DNA of 64,000 bases from Synergistales bacterium (GTDB lineage Bacteria; Synergistota; Synergistia; Synergistales; JAFGMB01): positions 864,001-928,000 of the forward strand of contig OY762654.1 of the NCBI GenBank assembly GCA_963666205.1, read 5' to 3'. Shown piece after piece: positions 36,799 through 47,433 of the stretch. How positions within the stretch are numbered: the first letter of the stretch is position 1; each line of letters opens with the position of its first letter. The position numbers were made by a program, and so were the translations under genes. The notes beneath the pieces are model-generated. The model did not search any database and was not told the origin of the DNA. It saw only the letters and a list, made by a program, of their open reading frames with translations.

Positions 36799-38958
36799 TT
36801 ATGAATTCCTTATTCTCATGGAATTAAGTACCACGGAGATAGAACTTAAGGTCATTGCCCCTTCAGCTATCACCGGATGCAGAAGAGCTGCCATAGCGAG
36901 AGGAATAACTATTACATTATATGCGAAGGCCCAGAAAAGATTCTGACCTATGATGGAGAAGGTCTTCCTGGAGATGTGTATAGCATCAGCGATCTTCGAT
37001 ACTCCTCCTTTTACAATAACAACATCGGAACTATCAATGGCGAGATCAGTCCCCGAACCGATGGCAAATCCTATATCCGCACCCTTCAGAGCAGCCGCAT
37101 CGTTCATACCATCGCCCACCATGAGCACTTTCATGTTCTCAGATTGGAAATGGCGTATAATATTGAGTTTTTCTTCAGGTCGAACCTGGGAGTAGACTCT
37201 TTCAATACCTGCCCTGAGGGCGATAGCTCTTGCTGTTATATCATTGTCACCCGTTGCCATTACTGGCATAATACTCATTTCTTTGAGTCTGGATACTGCA
37301 TCCGCTGCATCTTCCCTCATTGGATCTTCAATTGCCAGGTAACCCGCAAGTTCTCCATTTTTTCTCAATTCGACAACTGTCCTGCCCATTGAGTGCTGAG
37401 AATCATAGCGGGAAGGATCCAGAGGTCTCCCGATAAAGAATTCTACCCCTTGGATCAAGGCTTTAACGCCTTCACCAGGAATTTCCTCAAGAGAGGAATA
37501 AGTTATCTCTTCCTGGGAAACCGTCGATATGGCCCTGGCCAGGGGATGATTGGAATTCCTCTCCATGGATGCTACCACCGCAAGATCTGGACCCTCCAGA
37601 TCATGTTCGACAACTGTGGGATTACCCTCGGTTATAGTTCCAGTTTTGTCCATGACCACAACCTGAACATCTTTAGCAGTCTGGATAGCCTCTGCATTCC
37701 TTATGATCATTCCCTTCCTTGATGCAGCACCGGTACCTGTTATCAGTGCCATGGGAGTTGCCAGACCAAGAGCGCAGGGACATGCTATGACTATGGTGGT
37801 AATGAAGGCAAAAACACCGATGGAAAGGGGATCTCTGGCTTTTGTCACCCAGGGCAGAACTTCTCCTGCACGGTCCAGGAAAAAGAAGAATTTCCCTATC
37901 CCGAAGTACCAGAAAGAACCGCTTGCGAGGGCTAACAGGAAAACAACCGGAACAAAGTAATTGGTGACCCTGTCCGCAAATGCCTGTATGGGGATCTTTG
38001 CTCCCTGGGCCTCCTGAATAAGGGATATCATAAGGGAAAGAAAGGTTTCCTCTCCAACTTTGGTAACCTTCACCTGCAATAGCCCCGTCAGATCAAGAGA
38101 ACCTCCGATCACCTCATCACCTGCATTTTTCTCGATAGGGATCGATTCCCCCGATATCATCGATTCGTCAACTGCGGCTCTACCGGATATCACTTCTCCA
38201 TCAACCGGTATCCTTTCTCCCGGACGAATGATCACCACAAGGTCCTTCTTCATGGCCTCTATGGGAACCATAATTTCTTCTCCAGCCTGATCTGCTACTC
38301 TTGCCTCTCTGGCCTGGATTTTTACCAGGGCCTTTATTTCTTTGGAGGCCCTGTCCCGTAACCAGGATTCAATAAATCTTCCCGTAATATGAAGAGCTAT
38401 TATCATAGATCCTATAGCTCCAAAAGAAGCCACAGGAACATTCAGAAGGACGAGAATACTCGTAAACCATGCTGCGGTAGAACCCAGAACAACCAGCACA
38501 TCCATATTGGCATGGGCATGGGAAAGGGCTATCCAGGCCCCTTTGATACTTCCCCTCCCTGCTCCGAATATGACTGCGATCCCTCCCAGAAATTCCATTG
38601 AAAGAAAATAGGGTATATGGCGGCCAGTCATGTGAAAGAACATCAGGATCATGAGAGGGAGAGTTATCCCCCAGCTCAGCAGCAGGTTATTTCTTGCCTC
38701 CCTGTATCGTTTGTTTTCAAGGTCTTCAGGGGCTTCATAGGAAACATCGTAACCTGCAGACCGTACAGCCCCTTCCAGTATCTCCTGAGGTATATCTTTC
38801 TCCAGAACCACAAAGGCTGTTTCAGTTGCGAGGTTCACTGCCGCAAATTTAACTCCCTCTATTTTCCCCAGACTACGTTCCACCATACGTGAACAGGTGG
38901 CACAGGTCATACCTGTTATATGAAAACTGCGTTTAACAGTATCATGATATTTTTTCAT
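36799..38958 (-). CDS. copA: Cu(I)-type P1B heavy-metal ATPase
   Basis: GMTCATC, SGES, CPCALGLATP, DKTGT, HP, GDGMND, YN..P, MTLSS. Confidence 0.93.
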   Translation of the reverse strand: MKKYHDTVKRSFHITGMTCATCSRMVERSLGKIEGVKFAAVNLATETAFVVLEKDIPQEILEGAVRSAGYDVSYEAPEDLENKRYREARNNLLLSWGITLPLMILMFFHMTGRHIPYFLSMEFLGGIAVIFGAGRGSIKGAWIALSHAHANMDVLVVLGSTAAWFTSILVLLNVPVASFGAIGSMIIALHITGRFIESWLRDRASKEIKALVKIQAREARVADQAGEEIMVPIEAMKKDLVVIIRPGERIPVDGEVISGRAAVDESMISGESIPIEKNAGDEVIGGSLDLTGLLQVKVTKVGEETFLSLMISLIQEAQGAKIPIQAFADRVTNYFVPVVFLLALASGSFWYFGIGKFFFFLDRAGEVLPWVTKARDPLSIGVFAFITTIVIACPCALGLATPMALITGTGAASRKGMIIRNAEAIQTAKDVQVVVMDKTGTITEGNPTVVEHDLEGPDLAVVASMERNSNHPLARAISTVSQEEITYSSLEEIPGEGVKALIQGVEFFIGRPLDPSRYDSQHSMGRTVVELRKNGELAGYLAIEDPMREDAADAVSRLKEMSIMPVMATGDNDITARAIALRAGIERVYSQVRPEEKLNIIRHFQSENMKVLMVGDGMNDAAALKGADIGFAIGSGTDLAIDSSDVVIVKGGVSKIADAIHISRKTFSIIGQNLFWAFAYNVIVIPLAMAALLHPVIAEGAMTLSSISVVLNSMRIRNS

Positions 38959-38987
38959 TCAACTCTCCAGTTTTATTATCCTTTACT

Positions 38988-39191
38988 CTAGTTTTCCCTT
39001 ACAACAGCGGGATAACCGGCATCATCGAGAACATCCAGGATTTCTGCTATCTTATCTGAATCAAGAGTAACAGTTTTATCTTCAAGGTTAATTTCGAAAT
39101 CTGTCAACCCCATATCCGAAAGGGCTTTATCAATTCTGTATACACAGTGCATACAAGACATGTCCGGAACTTTGATAATATACCTGCTCAT
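38988..39191 (-). CDS. copZ: HMA-domain copper chaperone
   Basis: DMSCMHC, AGY; AAGGAGG RBS; directly upstream of copA. Confidence 0.85.
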   Translation of the reverse strand: MSRYIIKVPDMSCMHCVYRIDKALSDMGLTDFEINLEDKTVTLDSDKIAEILDVLDDAGYPAVVREN

Positions 39192-39295
39192 AGTAATATC
39201 CCTCCTTACACCAGCTATAAACCTATTGTGACCTTTCGAATAATTATATCGGATACCTCCATTACATCGCCATCTGAAGAAAGATAGGTCCCGTT

Positions 39296-39703
39296 TTACA
39301 GTTCGTCGCTCAGTAAAAGCCAGAAGGAGGCCGTTATCCCCCAAATGGCATTGAATATCACAACAAACAGAGGTGTCATAGCTCCGAGTTCCAGACCCAT
39401 TATTCCCTTGTTCGCCCTGACAGGGAAAATAATGAAAAGCTGAACCAGAGTAGGAACGATACTGTAGATAAACCCTTTAAGATACAATTTCCCCTTTAAA
39501 AACGGGATAAGAAAAAGGAATCCCCAGATACCGCCCCATACTACCCTTGGATAGAGCCAGAGAGGGCTAAGAGCCGGAGCAATACTCACACCTAAAGCAC
39601 CCGTAAGACCGATCTTTCCGAAAAACCATACTGCAAGGCTATTAGTAAGTCCTCCCATACAGCCTGCCGAAAAGACAAGAGAAACACTTTTCACATAACC
39701 CAT
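39296..39703 (-). CDS. Hypothetical membrane protein
   Basis: 4 TM, YPRVVWGGIWG; AGGAGG RBS. Confidence 0.8.
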   Translation of the reverse strand: MGYVKSVSLVFSAGCMGGLTNSLAVWFFGKIGLTGALGVSIAPALSPLWLYPRVVWGGIWGFLFLIPFLKGKLYLKGFIYSIVPTLVQLFIIFPVRANKGIMGLELGAMTPLFVVIFNAIWGITASFWLLLSDEL

Positions 39704-40383
39704 TTTCGAACCTCCTTTACAGGAAAACCTGAAATTCAACTTCCTTTTCAATGCATATTTTTAATTTGTTTGAATCGGGAGATATGCGTTCTATAGTAGC
39801 ATTTTACTACGCCGCATTGTGGGATAGTGAAAAGATCTGACAGAAGAGCTTATATTTAAACAGGTTTGATACGGAGAGTAAGAACTCTTCAGGAAAAAGA
39901 AGCATGGACCCTGAACATGATCCCTTGCTCATAACCGGAAATAAAGTTGAGAAAGGATATAAAGGGTCCATACAGATCTCCATGGTAAAGTCAGGCGGGG
40001 AAGATCCTGACCCCCGAGAATATTGAAAACAGGATCCTCTGACCGGTTTTCAAACATCCAGATAGTCCATTTCGCCATCAACTGTGCCTCCATAAGCTGC
40101 CCCACTGGAGCATGAAGCCTATCGGGGTAACTGGATGAACAGCTTGCGGATCCTGCTGAAAAAAACATAAGAGACGGCAGGAATAATTACTTCAGGGGGA
40201 TACCCTTTACCTTAGCCGGATCTTTTCCTGGTTTCGCCAGGACTCTGGGAATGATTCCCCTCGGATTGATACGTCAATACGCCCATGGCGAACTCAAGGA
40301 AATTACAGGAATAGTTGTAACAGGATAAGAATTAAATTTCTTCCCTGCCGCTGGCCCCTTAAAGACGACCATGAACCCTTAGC

Positions 40384-40650
40384 TCAATAGACCCTCTCGA
40401 AACGAGCCCTTATTCCCAGGATAAATCCTGTTAGAAGGCCCAACACAACTATGGCTGGATAAAGAAGATCGACAATGGCAAGGATAAGTATGGCGGTACC
40501 AGCATTCAGCCGGTATAGTAATTGACCGTTTCTCCTGAATAAAACCAGAACATAACCCTGCCCAAAAGCAGATAACTCCTGAAAACCCTCCGCTATCTGG
40601 CGAAATAAGATCCTGAACCTTTCTGTAAATGACCGATCATGAGAATACAT
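40384..40650 (-). CDS. Small hypothetical membrane-associated protein (DUF4342-like)
   Basis: Basic N-terminus, hydrophobic hairpin, C-terminal RARFER; family call tentative. Confidence 0.55.
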   Translation of the reverse strand: MYSHDRSFTERFRILFRQIAEGFQELSAFGQGYVLVLFRRNGQLLYRLNAGTAILILAIVDLLYPAIVVLGLLTGFILGIRARFERVY

Positions 40651-40704
40651 AAAACCAACCCCTGATAAAGACTATGAAAATTGAAACTGAATACCAGAAT
40701 TATA

Positions 40705-41280
40705 CTATTTTTCTGTTTTTTTAAACTCCAGGGCTGCGGAGTTCAGGCAATACCGTAATCCTGTCGGCGGAGGTCCGTCTTCAAAGATATGCCCCAGGTG
40801 CCCTTCGCACCTGCGACATATAACTTCCGTCCTTCTCATCCAGAAAGACCGGTCTTCTCTTGTTTCAACATTCTCATCATTCAGAGGAGCCCAGAAACTG
40901 GGCCATCCGGTACCGGAATCAAATTTTGTGTCCGAGCTGAAAAGTTCAAGGCCGCAGCCGGCGCAAACATATATACCTTTTTCATGATTATTCCAATATT
41001 TCCCGCTGAAGGCCCTTTCTGTGCCTTTTTCCCGGAGGACATAGAACTGTTCTGGAGTAAGGATCTTCTTCCACTCCTCTTCCGTCCTTACTATTTTTTC
41101 GACCATGGGATCATTCCCTTTCTGGACAGGTTCTGCAGATAAAAGAGTTTCGGGAAAAAATGAAGCAGATAAAAATATCTGCAGAAATATGGCAAAAAAA
41201 ACCGTTGGTTTATACTTTCTTGTCATAGTTTTCACCTCTCGACTCTCTGAGAATGAAGGGAAAATACTTCTTCTTGCCAA
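40705..41280 (-). CDS. msrB: Peptide-methionine (R)-S-oxide reductase, possibly with signal peptide
   Basis: GTERAF, CAGC, KFDSGTGWPSF, RTEV.C..C..HLGH.F.DGP.PTGLRYCLNS; true start uncertain. Confidence 0.95.
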   Translation of the reverse strand: MARRSIFPSFSESREVKTMTRKYKPTVFFAIFLQIFLSASFFPETLLSAEPVQKGNDPMVEKIVRTEEEWKKILTPEQFYVLREKGTERAFSGKYWNNHEKGIYVCAGCGLELFSSDTKFDSGTGWPSFWAPLNDENVETREDRSFWMRRTEVICRRCEGHLGHIFEDGPPPTGLRYCLNSAALEFKKTEK

Positions 41281-41400
41281 TGATCTGTTCGATGAATAGA
41301 AAGCCCGAAAGAATAGTGTTTACTTCATTCGGTCTTGCAATGCAGAAATTATGACAGGTTTGATGAATATTAGCGGCATATATTTCATGCATCCATGAAA

Positions 41401-42471
41401 TCAGGCTACTGTTATTTCAGTATTAAGATAAATATCCTGGACGGCATTAATGATTCTTATTCCTTCATCCATCGGCTTCTGGAAAGCCTTTCTTCCAAGG
41501 ATAAGTCCCATTCCTCCTCCTCTTTTGTTAATTACCGCTGTTTTTAAAGCATCAGCCAGATCATTACCTCCGGAAGCTCCGCCCGAACTTATCAGACCCG
41601 CCCTTCCCATATAGCAGTTGGCCACCTGGTAACGTAAAAGATCGATGGGATTATCCGAGGTCAGGTCATTGTAAACAGCGTCACTGGTTTTACCGAAGTT
41701 CAGGGCCCTGAAACCTCCGTTATTTTCAGGAAGTTTCTGTTTTATGATGTCAGCCTCTATGGTTACACCAAGGTGATTGGCCTGGCCGGTAAGGTCTGCA
41801 GCAACATGGTAGTCTGTTCCCTCATAATTGAAAGAAGGATTCCTGAGATAACACCAGAGAATGGTAGCCAGGCCCATTTCATGGGCTATTTCAAAAGCTG
41901 CTGAAACTTCCCGGATCTGTCTCCCTGACTCTACACTGCCAAAGTATATGGTAGCTCCAACAGCAACAGCCCCCATTTCCCTGGCCTGTTTTATAGATGC
42001 AAAAATGATCTGATCATAGGATCCGGGATATGAAAGAAGTTCATTATGATTGAACTTCATGATAAAGGGTATTTTATGTGCGTACTTTCTGGCAACACTT
42101 CCGAGAACTCCAAGGGTGCTCGCCACACCGTTACATCCACCCTCCACAGCCAGTCTGACAATGTTTTCAGGATCAAAATAAATAGGATTGGGCGCAAAAC
42201 TTGCCCCTGCAGAATGTTCGATTCCCTGGTCTACAGGAAGAATGGAAAGATATCCGGTCCCGGAAAGTCTACCGTGTTCAAAGAGGGACTGAAGGGAACG
42301 AAGAACCGGATTGGGCCTGTCCGTATCTCTTACTATCCTGTCTACAAAATCAGGACCGGGAAGATGAATTTGCTCACGGGGAATGGTACTGCATTCATGG
42401 TCCAGAAGATCCCGGGCTTTATCCCCCAGTACTCTTTTTACCTCATTAACAGATATTGCCAAAACAGCCAC
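41401..42471 (-). CDS. fbaB: Class I fructose-bisphosphate aldolase
   Basis: [41 protein letters not shown]. Confidence 0.96.
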   Translation of the reverse strand: MAVLAISVNEVKRVLGDKARDLLDHECSTIPREQIHLPGPDFVDRIVRDTDRPNPVLRSLQSLFEHGRLSGTGYLSILPVDQGIEHSAGASFAPNPIYFDPENIVRLAVEGGCNGVASTLGVLGSVARKYAHKIPFIMKFNHNELLSYPGSYDQIIFASIKQAREMGAVAVGATIYFGSVESGRQIREVSAAFEIAHEMGLATILWCYLRNPSFNYEGTDYHVAADLTGQANHLGVTIEADIIKQKLPENNGGFRALNFGKTSDAVYNDLTSDNPIDLLRYQVANCYMGRAGLISSGGASGGNDLADALKTAVINKRGGGMGLILGRKAFQKPMDEGIRIINAVQDIYLNTEITVA

Positions 42472-42635
42472 CCCCTTAATTCAATCTCAAGATAAGAAAT
42501 CAACAATCGGGAAAAGATCTCTCCCAGGAATAGTTTACCATAATACTGAGTGAACGTGATAAGAATTACCCTGGGTTCTATCCATCTTATCTAACATGAT
42601 GATATAATAATTGTTTAGAACAATGCAAACTGGAG

Positions 42636-43331
42636 GTGGTGAAAATGAAAGGAATATCCATAAAAATATTGTTCATTGGGATGACCCTTTTTCTTGTTTC
42701 CTGTCTCTTCCAGATACCTCAGGCCTTTGGCGAGTCTGGAGAGTTAAGATCACTTCTTATTTCAGAAGCACCTGAAGAGGAACTGGTTTCAACCTGGGAA
42801 AAACTTTGGGAGGACATAGATACTGGAGAAAAGGCCTCTCGAGCAATATATCTCATAGAATCCCTTTTCCCCAACGGTGATGTTTCAAGATGGGAAGAAG
42901 TATCTGGATTCTGGTATCCCTCCCTTATTCCCAAATCCCTTGCAGCTCTTGACGCAGTTTACGTTCTTGCCCTCTCTCTTGCCGAAATAGGGGAACCAGA
43001 TGGGAAGGCTCTTGCTGCTGAGATCTTGAAAGATCTTTCCAGATCCCGCAAGGGAAGGATATATGCATTTATGACCGCACCTGAAGAATACCTGGTCATT
43101 CAAGATAGCTTGAAAGACATTAAGGGCCTTTCCCTCCCGGAAGGAAAGATCATTGGCAGTCTGCCCTTTGCCCATCCAGTCAGGGGAAGATATTCGGTAA
43201 CAACAGGAAACCTTACACAATATGTTTCCCTCAATGGATTTGGTCAGCCTGTTTCCACTATGGGTGCCTATGGATGGGACAGGGAAAAGGGAAGGATCTT
43301 CGCCCATATTGAAAGAGAATCGAACAGGTGA
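42636..43331 (+). CDS. Hypothetical exported protein
   Basis: Signal peptide; GGAGGT RBS; no recognised motif. Confidence 0.7.
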   Translation: MVKMKGISIKILFIGMTLFLVSCLFQIPQAFGESGELRSLLISEAPEEELVSTWEKLWEDIDTGEKASRAIYLIESLFPNGDVSRWEEVSGFWYPSLIPKSLAALDAVYVLALSLAEIGEPDGKALAAEILKDLSRSRKGRIYAFMTAPEEYLVIQDSLKDIKGLSLPEGKIIGSLPFAHPVRGRYSVTTGNLTQYVSLNGFGQPVSTMGAYGWDREKGRIFAHIERESNR

Positions 43332-43430
43332 TGAATGCGCAGTTCAGATGCTTTTCCGGACATTCCTGAATAATGGATCAGGGGGTAAGGGATTTACTGT
43401 ATCAGGACTATATTTCCCTGCACCCCCTCT

Positions 43431-44627
43431 TTGCCGGGCCTGGGGAGGTGTTCACTGATAGAAGGTGGTTTTCACAGGATTATTGTATCCTTGATCAGCG
43501 CTGTAATATTAGGCATTTTCCCCTGGGAACATTCTGCAATACCCTGGAATATTCCTCTGGAAAGTATTTCATGCTCTCAAGGGATGTTTCCCGGTGAAAT
43601 AAAAAACAAACTTAAAGATATTTCCGGTGGCCTTATATGTGGCATTATCTGGGGAATTATCGTAATAAGCACAACAGTTCCTGATCTATCGATTGTCTTA
43701 ATGTTTTTCGTTATTGTTATAAGTGGGGTTGCAGCTCCCTGGAGACATCCTGAAAATATCTTTTTTCCAGCCATGGTTTCGGGTGGCCTTCTCCTTCTGG
43801 CTCCACGGCAATCCCTGGCTATTTTACCCGTAGTACTGACTTTCAGTTTAACTCTGGGCCCCTTAATATCTATTTCAATTATCTTATTCATATCTAGTGT
43901 TCTTCTGGGGATCCTTAAAAACGGATATTCACTCTCCTTTACAATAACCTTGTTTTTTCTGGTCCTTTCCCGATCCATTGCCCTGGACATATCTTTAATA
44001 ACTGCGGAAATGCACTCTGCCAGGAATAGTCTTGAAGAACATCTGATCAGAAGAAAGATATACCGGTATTGCGGACTCGTTTTCCCATTGTTGATCTATC
44101 CGGTCTACGGACTCCCGGTTTTAAGAACAGTTCTCTTTTCAATGACAGCGGCTGCCCTTCTCCTGGAGGGAGGAAGAAGAGTCCTGCCTGGCATTAACAT
44201 AGTTCTGAGAAAGATCTTCAGCCCGGTTGGTAAGGGAGAAGAAGCCTTCCATACTTCCGGGACAACATATTATCTTACTGGTTCAGCCCTGGCATGCCTT
44301 TTCCCAGGTGGAACAGGGCCTTTATCGCTGATAATGCTCACCCTTGGGGATGCATGGGCTGTTCTGACCGGAAAACGATGGGGACAACATTACTGGATAT
44401 CAGGAAAAACCATCGAGGGCAGCCTGGGATGTCTCTTTATCTGCATATTGGCTGGTCTTTCATTTGTTCTATTTACAGGAGGAAATAACATTTCTCCCTT
44501 TTCTGTTGTAATTGGTGCCATTGCGGCAACCCTTACGGAAGCGCTCTTCAGAGGATCTCTGGATAATCTCATGATAGCTCCTTCCACAGCAGCTGTAATT
44601 TACATCTGCAATACATTTATTTTTTAG
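43431..44627 (+). CDS. Membrane protein with C-terminal polyprenol/diacylglycerol kinase-like (CTP-dependent) domain
   Basis: RRKIYR, SGTTYY, LGDAWAVLTGKRWG, GKTIEGS, DNLMIAP; start uncertain. Confidence 0.7.
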   Translation: MPGLGRCSLIEGGFHRIIVSLISAVILGIFPWEHSAIPWNIPLESISCSQGMFPGEIKNKLKDISGGLICGIIWGIIVISTTVPDLSIVLMFFVIVISGVAAPWRHPENIFFPAMVSGGLLLLAPRQSLAILPVVLTFSLTLGPLISISIILFISSVLLGILKNGYSLSFTITLFFLVLSRSIALDISLITAEMHSARNSLEEHLIRRKIYRYCGLVFPLLIYPVYGLPVLRTVLFSMTAAALLLEGGRRVLPGINIVLRKIFSPVGKGEEAFHTSGTTYYLTGSALACLFPGGTGPLSLIMLTLGDAWAVLTGKRWGQHYWISGKTIEGSLGCLFICILAGLSFVLFTGGNNISPFSVVIGAIAATLTEALFRGSLDNLMIAPSTAAVIYICNTFIF

Positions 44628-44680
44628 GAGAAAAAAGGTGATCTTTGTAAAGGGCTATTTCAGAACAGGAGGGATCATGT

Positions 44681-47071
44681 ATGGAAAACTTCGAACTGAT
44701 GGGCAAATTCTACCTCGGAAAAGAAATGGATATCGAGAAGAGAAAAATCACCGATAATATACTACTTTATGATTCAAAGGATCTTACAACCCATGCAATG
44801 ATAATCGGAATGACGGGAAGCGGGAAAACAGGGCTTGGAATGGCCCTCCTTGAAGAAGCTCTTATGGACAATATACCGGTAATAGCAATTGATCCCAAGG
44901 GTGATATAACCAATCTCCTCCTCTCCTTCCCAGATCATATGACAGAGGACTATCTGCCTTGGATCAACCTGGACGAGGCTGCGTCAGAGGGTTTTTCTGC
45001 CTCTCAATATGCATCCCGGGAAGCTGAAAAATGGAAAAAAGGGCTTGCTGGATGGGGAATTGGAGGAGACAGGATAATTAAAATGAGAGAATCGGTCAAT
45101 TTCAGCATTTTTACTCCAGGAAGTGATTCGGGGATCAGTGTAAATATGCTGGGATCCTTCCGATGTCCCCCGGAAAATATAATCCATGATCATGATATTC
45201 TTATCGAAAAGGTCCAGAATACTACATCCAATCTGCTATCCCTCCTGAATATTGAATCTGACCCATTATCAGGAAAAGAAAACCTCCTTATATCAAAGAT
45301 ATTTGAACATACATGGAAAGAAGGCATGGACGCAGATCTGCCATTGATAATAAACAGGATCCAGGATCCCCCCTTCAATAAAATAGGTATAATGTCAACA
45401 GATTCTTTCTATCCTCCCAGCGAGCGTTTCAAACTTGCCATGACCATTAACCAGGTCCTGGCATCGCCTTCCTTCAGCCAGTGGATGACAGGAGTTCCAC
45501 TTGAAATGGGAAATTTATTTCATACTCCGGAAGGTAAACCCCGGGCTTCGATCTTCACAATTTCTCATCTTTCAGATAATGAGAGGATGTTCTTCATCTC
45601 CATGCTTCTGGGGGAATTGATCTCCTGGATGAGATCCAGGTCTGGAACTTCAAGCCTCAGGGCTATTGTCTATATCGATGAAGTATTCGGATACATGCCT
45701 CCCGTTAAAGAGCCGCCCTCCAAAGGTCCCCTTCTCACTCTTCTTAAACAGGCAAGAGCCTTTGGCATAGGAGTGGTTCTGTCCACTCAGAACCCTGTAG
45801 ATCTGGATTACAGAGGACTTTCAAATATAGGAACCTGGTTCATAGGAAGGCTTCAGACTCAACGTGATAAAGACCGGGTCCTTGAAGGGATGGAGAAACT
45901 TGCAGATACCGAAGAATATGACCGGCAATTTCTTGACAAGGCTATATCCGGACTGAACAGGAGAGAATTCCTTCTTAACAATATTCACGAGAATAGCCCT
46001 TCAATTTTCAGTACCCGCTGGGTCATGTCTTACCTCAGGGGACCTCTCTCAAGGGAACAGATCCGATCACTTATGAAAGACAGAAAAAAGGGATCTGAAT
46101 CGCCAGGGGACATGGTCAGAGAAGAACCATCCAGGGGAAAGAGCCTGATTAGCCCCATCAAGCCAGTTATCCCCCCTGATATAAATGAATATTTTCTTGC
46201 CCCTCCTGACGGATCAGTTTCAGTAACATACAAACCATGTCTCCTTGGAATCGCAGAAACTTGCTATTCACAATCCAGCATGGGAATTGATGAAAAAATT
46301 ACATACATCCTGGAAACAGAATCTCCCTCCAGCGGCCAGGAACCGGACTGGGGGAAAGCAGTTAACCTGGAAATGGATCCGGAAGATATCCATACAGAAG
46401 CTTTGGCTCATGCTGATTTTATGGAACTCCCCAGCACCATGGCAGAATCCCGTAATTACAGAAAATGGAAAAAGGAATTCATCAAATGGATCAGGCAGAA
46501 CAGACCTCTGGTTATATTCAGGAACAGATCATTAAAAATGATTGGACTTCCTGGAGAAAAAAAGGGGGATTTTGAAATAAGGATAGAAGAAACACTCAGG
46601 GAAAAAAGAGACCTGGATGTTGAAGATTTGAGAAAAAAATATGACAGTAAAATGAAAACCCTTCAAAAACAGCTGATAGTAGCAGAACAATCCATTGCAC
46701 GGGAAAGTGAACAGGCAAACAGCAGGAACATCGAAACTGTAATATCCTTTGGCTCAGCTCTTGCGGGAGCATTACTGGGCAGAAAAAGCATAACCACAAC
46801 TTCCACATACAGACTCGGAACAGCTCTGTCCAGGGCAGGAAGGCTTAGAAAAGAGAAAATGGATGTTGAAAGGGCCCGGGAAAGGGCCCGACTTCTACAG
46901 GAACGGATATCCGCTCTTGAAAACAGCATGTCTGAAGAAATAGAAAGATTAAAGAACAACTTGGGAAAACATAGAAACTCGACTGAAGAATACCCTATAC
47001 GTGCCAGAAACAGTGATATTAACATCAAAGTCTTTGGCCTGGCATGGATACCGCTGAAACCTGACAGATAA
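44681..47071 (+). CDS. HerA/FtsK-superfamily (DUF87-like) ATPase with C-terminal coiled coil
   Basis: Walker A GMTGSGKT, IDPKGD, Walker B YIDE, QARAFG, STQNPVDLDY. Confidence 0.85.
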   Translation: MENFELMGKFYLGKEMDIEKRKITDNILLYDSKDLTTHAMIIGMTGSGKTGLGMALLEEALMDNIPVIAIDPKGDITNLLLSFPDHMTEDYLPWINLDEAASEGFSASQYASREAEKWKKGLAGWGIGGDRIIKMRESVNFSIFTPGSDSGISVNMLGSFRCPPENIIHDHDILIEKVQNTTSNLLSLLNIESDPLSGKENLLISKIFEHTWKEGMDADLPLIINRIQDPPFNKIGIMSTDSFYPPSERFKLAMTINQVLASPSFSQWMTGVPLEMGNLFHTPEGKPRASIFTISHLSDNERMFFISMLLGELISWMRSRSGTSSLRAIVYIDEVFGYMPPVKEPPSKGPLLTLLKQARAFGIGVVLSTQNPVDLDYRGLSNIGTWFIGRLQTQRDKDRVLEGMEKLADTEEYDRQFLDKAISGLNRREFLLNNIHENSPSIFSTRWVMSYLRGPLSREQIRSLMKDRKKGSESPGDMVREEPSRGKSLISPIKPVIPPDINEYFLAPPDGSVSVTYKPCLLGIAETCYSQSSMGIDEKITYILETESPSSGQEPDWGKAVNLEMDPEDIHTEALAHADFMELPSTMAESRNYRKWKKEFIKWIRQNRPLVIFRNRSLKMIGLPGEKKGDFEIRIEETLREKRDLDVEDLRKKYDSKMKTLQKQLIVAEQSIARESEQANSRNIETVISFGSALAGALLGRKSITTTSTYRLGTALSRAGRLRKEKMDVERARERARLLQERISALENSMSEEIERLKNNLGKHRNSTEEYPIRARNSDINIKVFGLAWIPLKPDR

Positions 47072-47194
47072 AGGGATCGGAAACCGGCTCCCTTCTGTCG
47101 AGGACAGGAATTCAGCAATATTGTTTCTTGACATGAAATAAGAAAAAGATTAGTATTTTGAACACTGCGAAAATTTATTCAAGGAGGGATCACA

Positions 47195-47287
47195 ATGGCA
47201 AAGAATTTCACTGGACTATATGTGTATTTCATATATTTTATTATTTTTGCCTCCTGCGGATCCCCTCCTGGTTTGATCGGTAGTTAA
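47195..47287 (+). CDS. Putative leader peptide, 30 aa: MAKNFTGLYVYFIYFIIFASCGSPPGLIGS
   Basis: TTGACA promoter upstream (about 47128), strong AAGGAGG RBS, short ORF followed by a terminator ahead of a two-gene unit. Confidence 0.65.
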   Translation: MAKNFTGLYVYFIYFIIFASCGSPPGLIGS

Positions 47288-47304
47288 CGCTATTGTACAG
47301 ATTC

Positions 47305-47339
47305 AGGGCCGGGTTCCGAAAGGGAACCCGGCCTTTTTT
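47305..47339 (+). terminator. Leader (attenuator) terminator
   Basis: AGGGCCGGGTTCC-gaaag-GGAACCCGGCCTTTTTT. Confidence 0.8.
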
Positions 47340-47433
47340 ATATCCTTTGATCCAAAAGGAGGTGCTAGCTATCCGGGAATAATTTCGGACAACGGGATTC
47401 AATAAAGGACGTCATTCATTTCCAGTCAGAAAG

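Noticed and set aside
39200-39290. CsoR/CopY operator upstream of copZ-copA
   Set aside because: Only a half-site-like GGAGGTAT near a TATAAT; no convincing palindrome.
39760-40380. ~600-bp spacer containing a 79-aa minus-strand ORF
   Set aside because: No recognisable protein, RNA motif or repeat.
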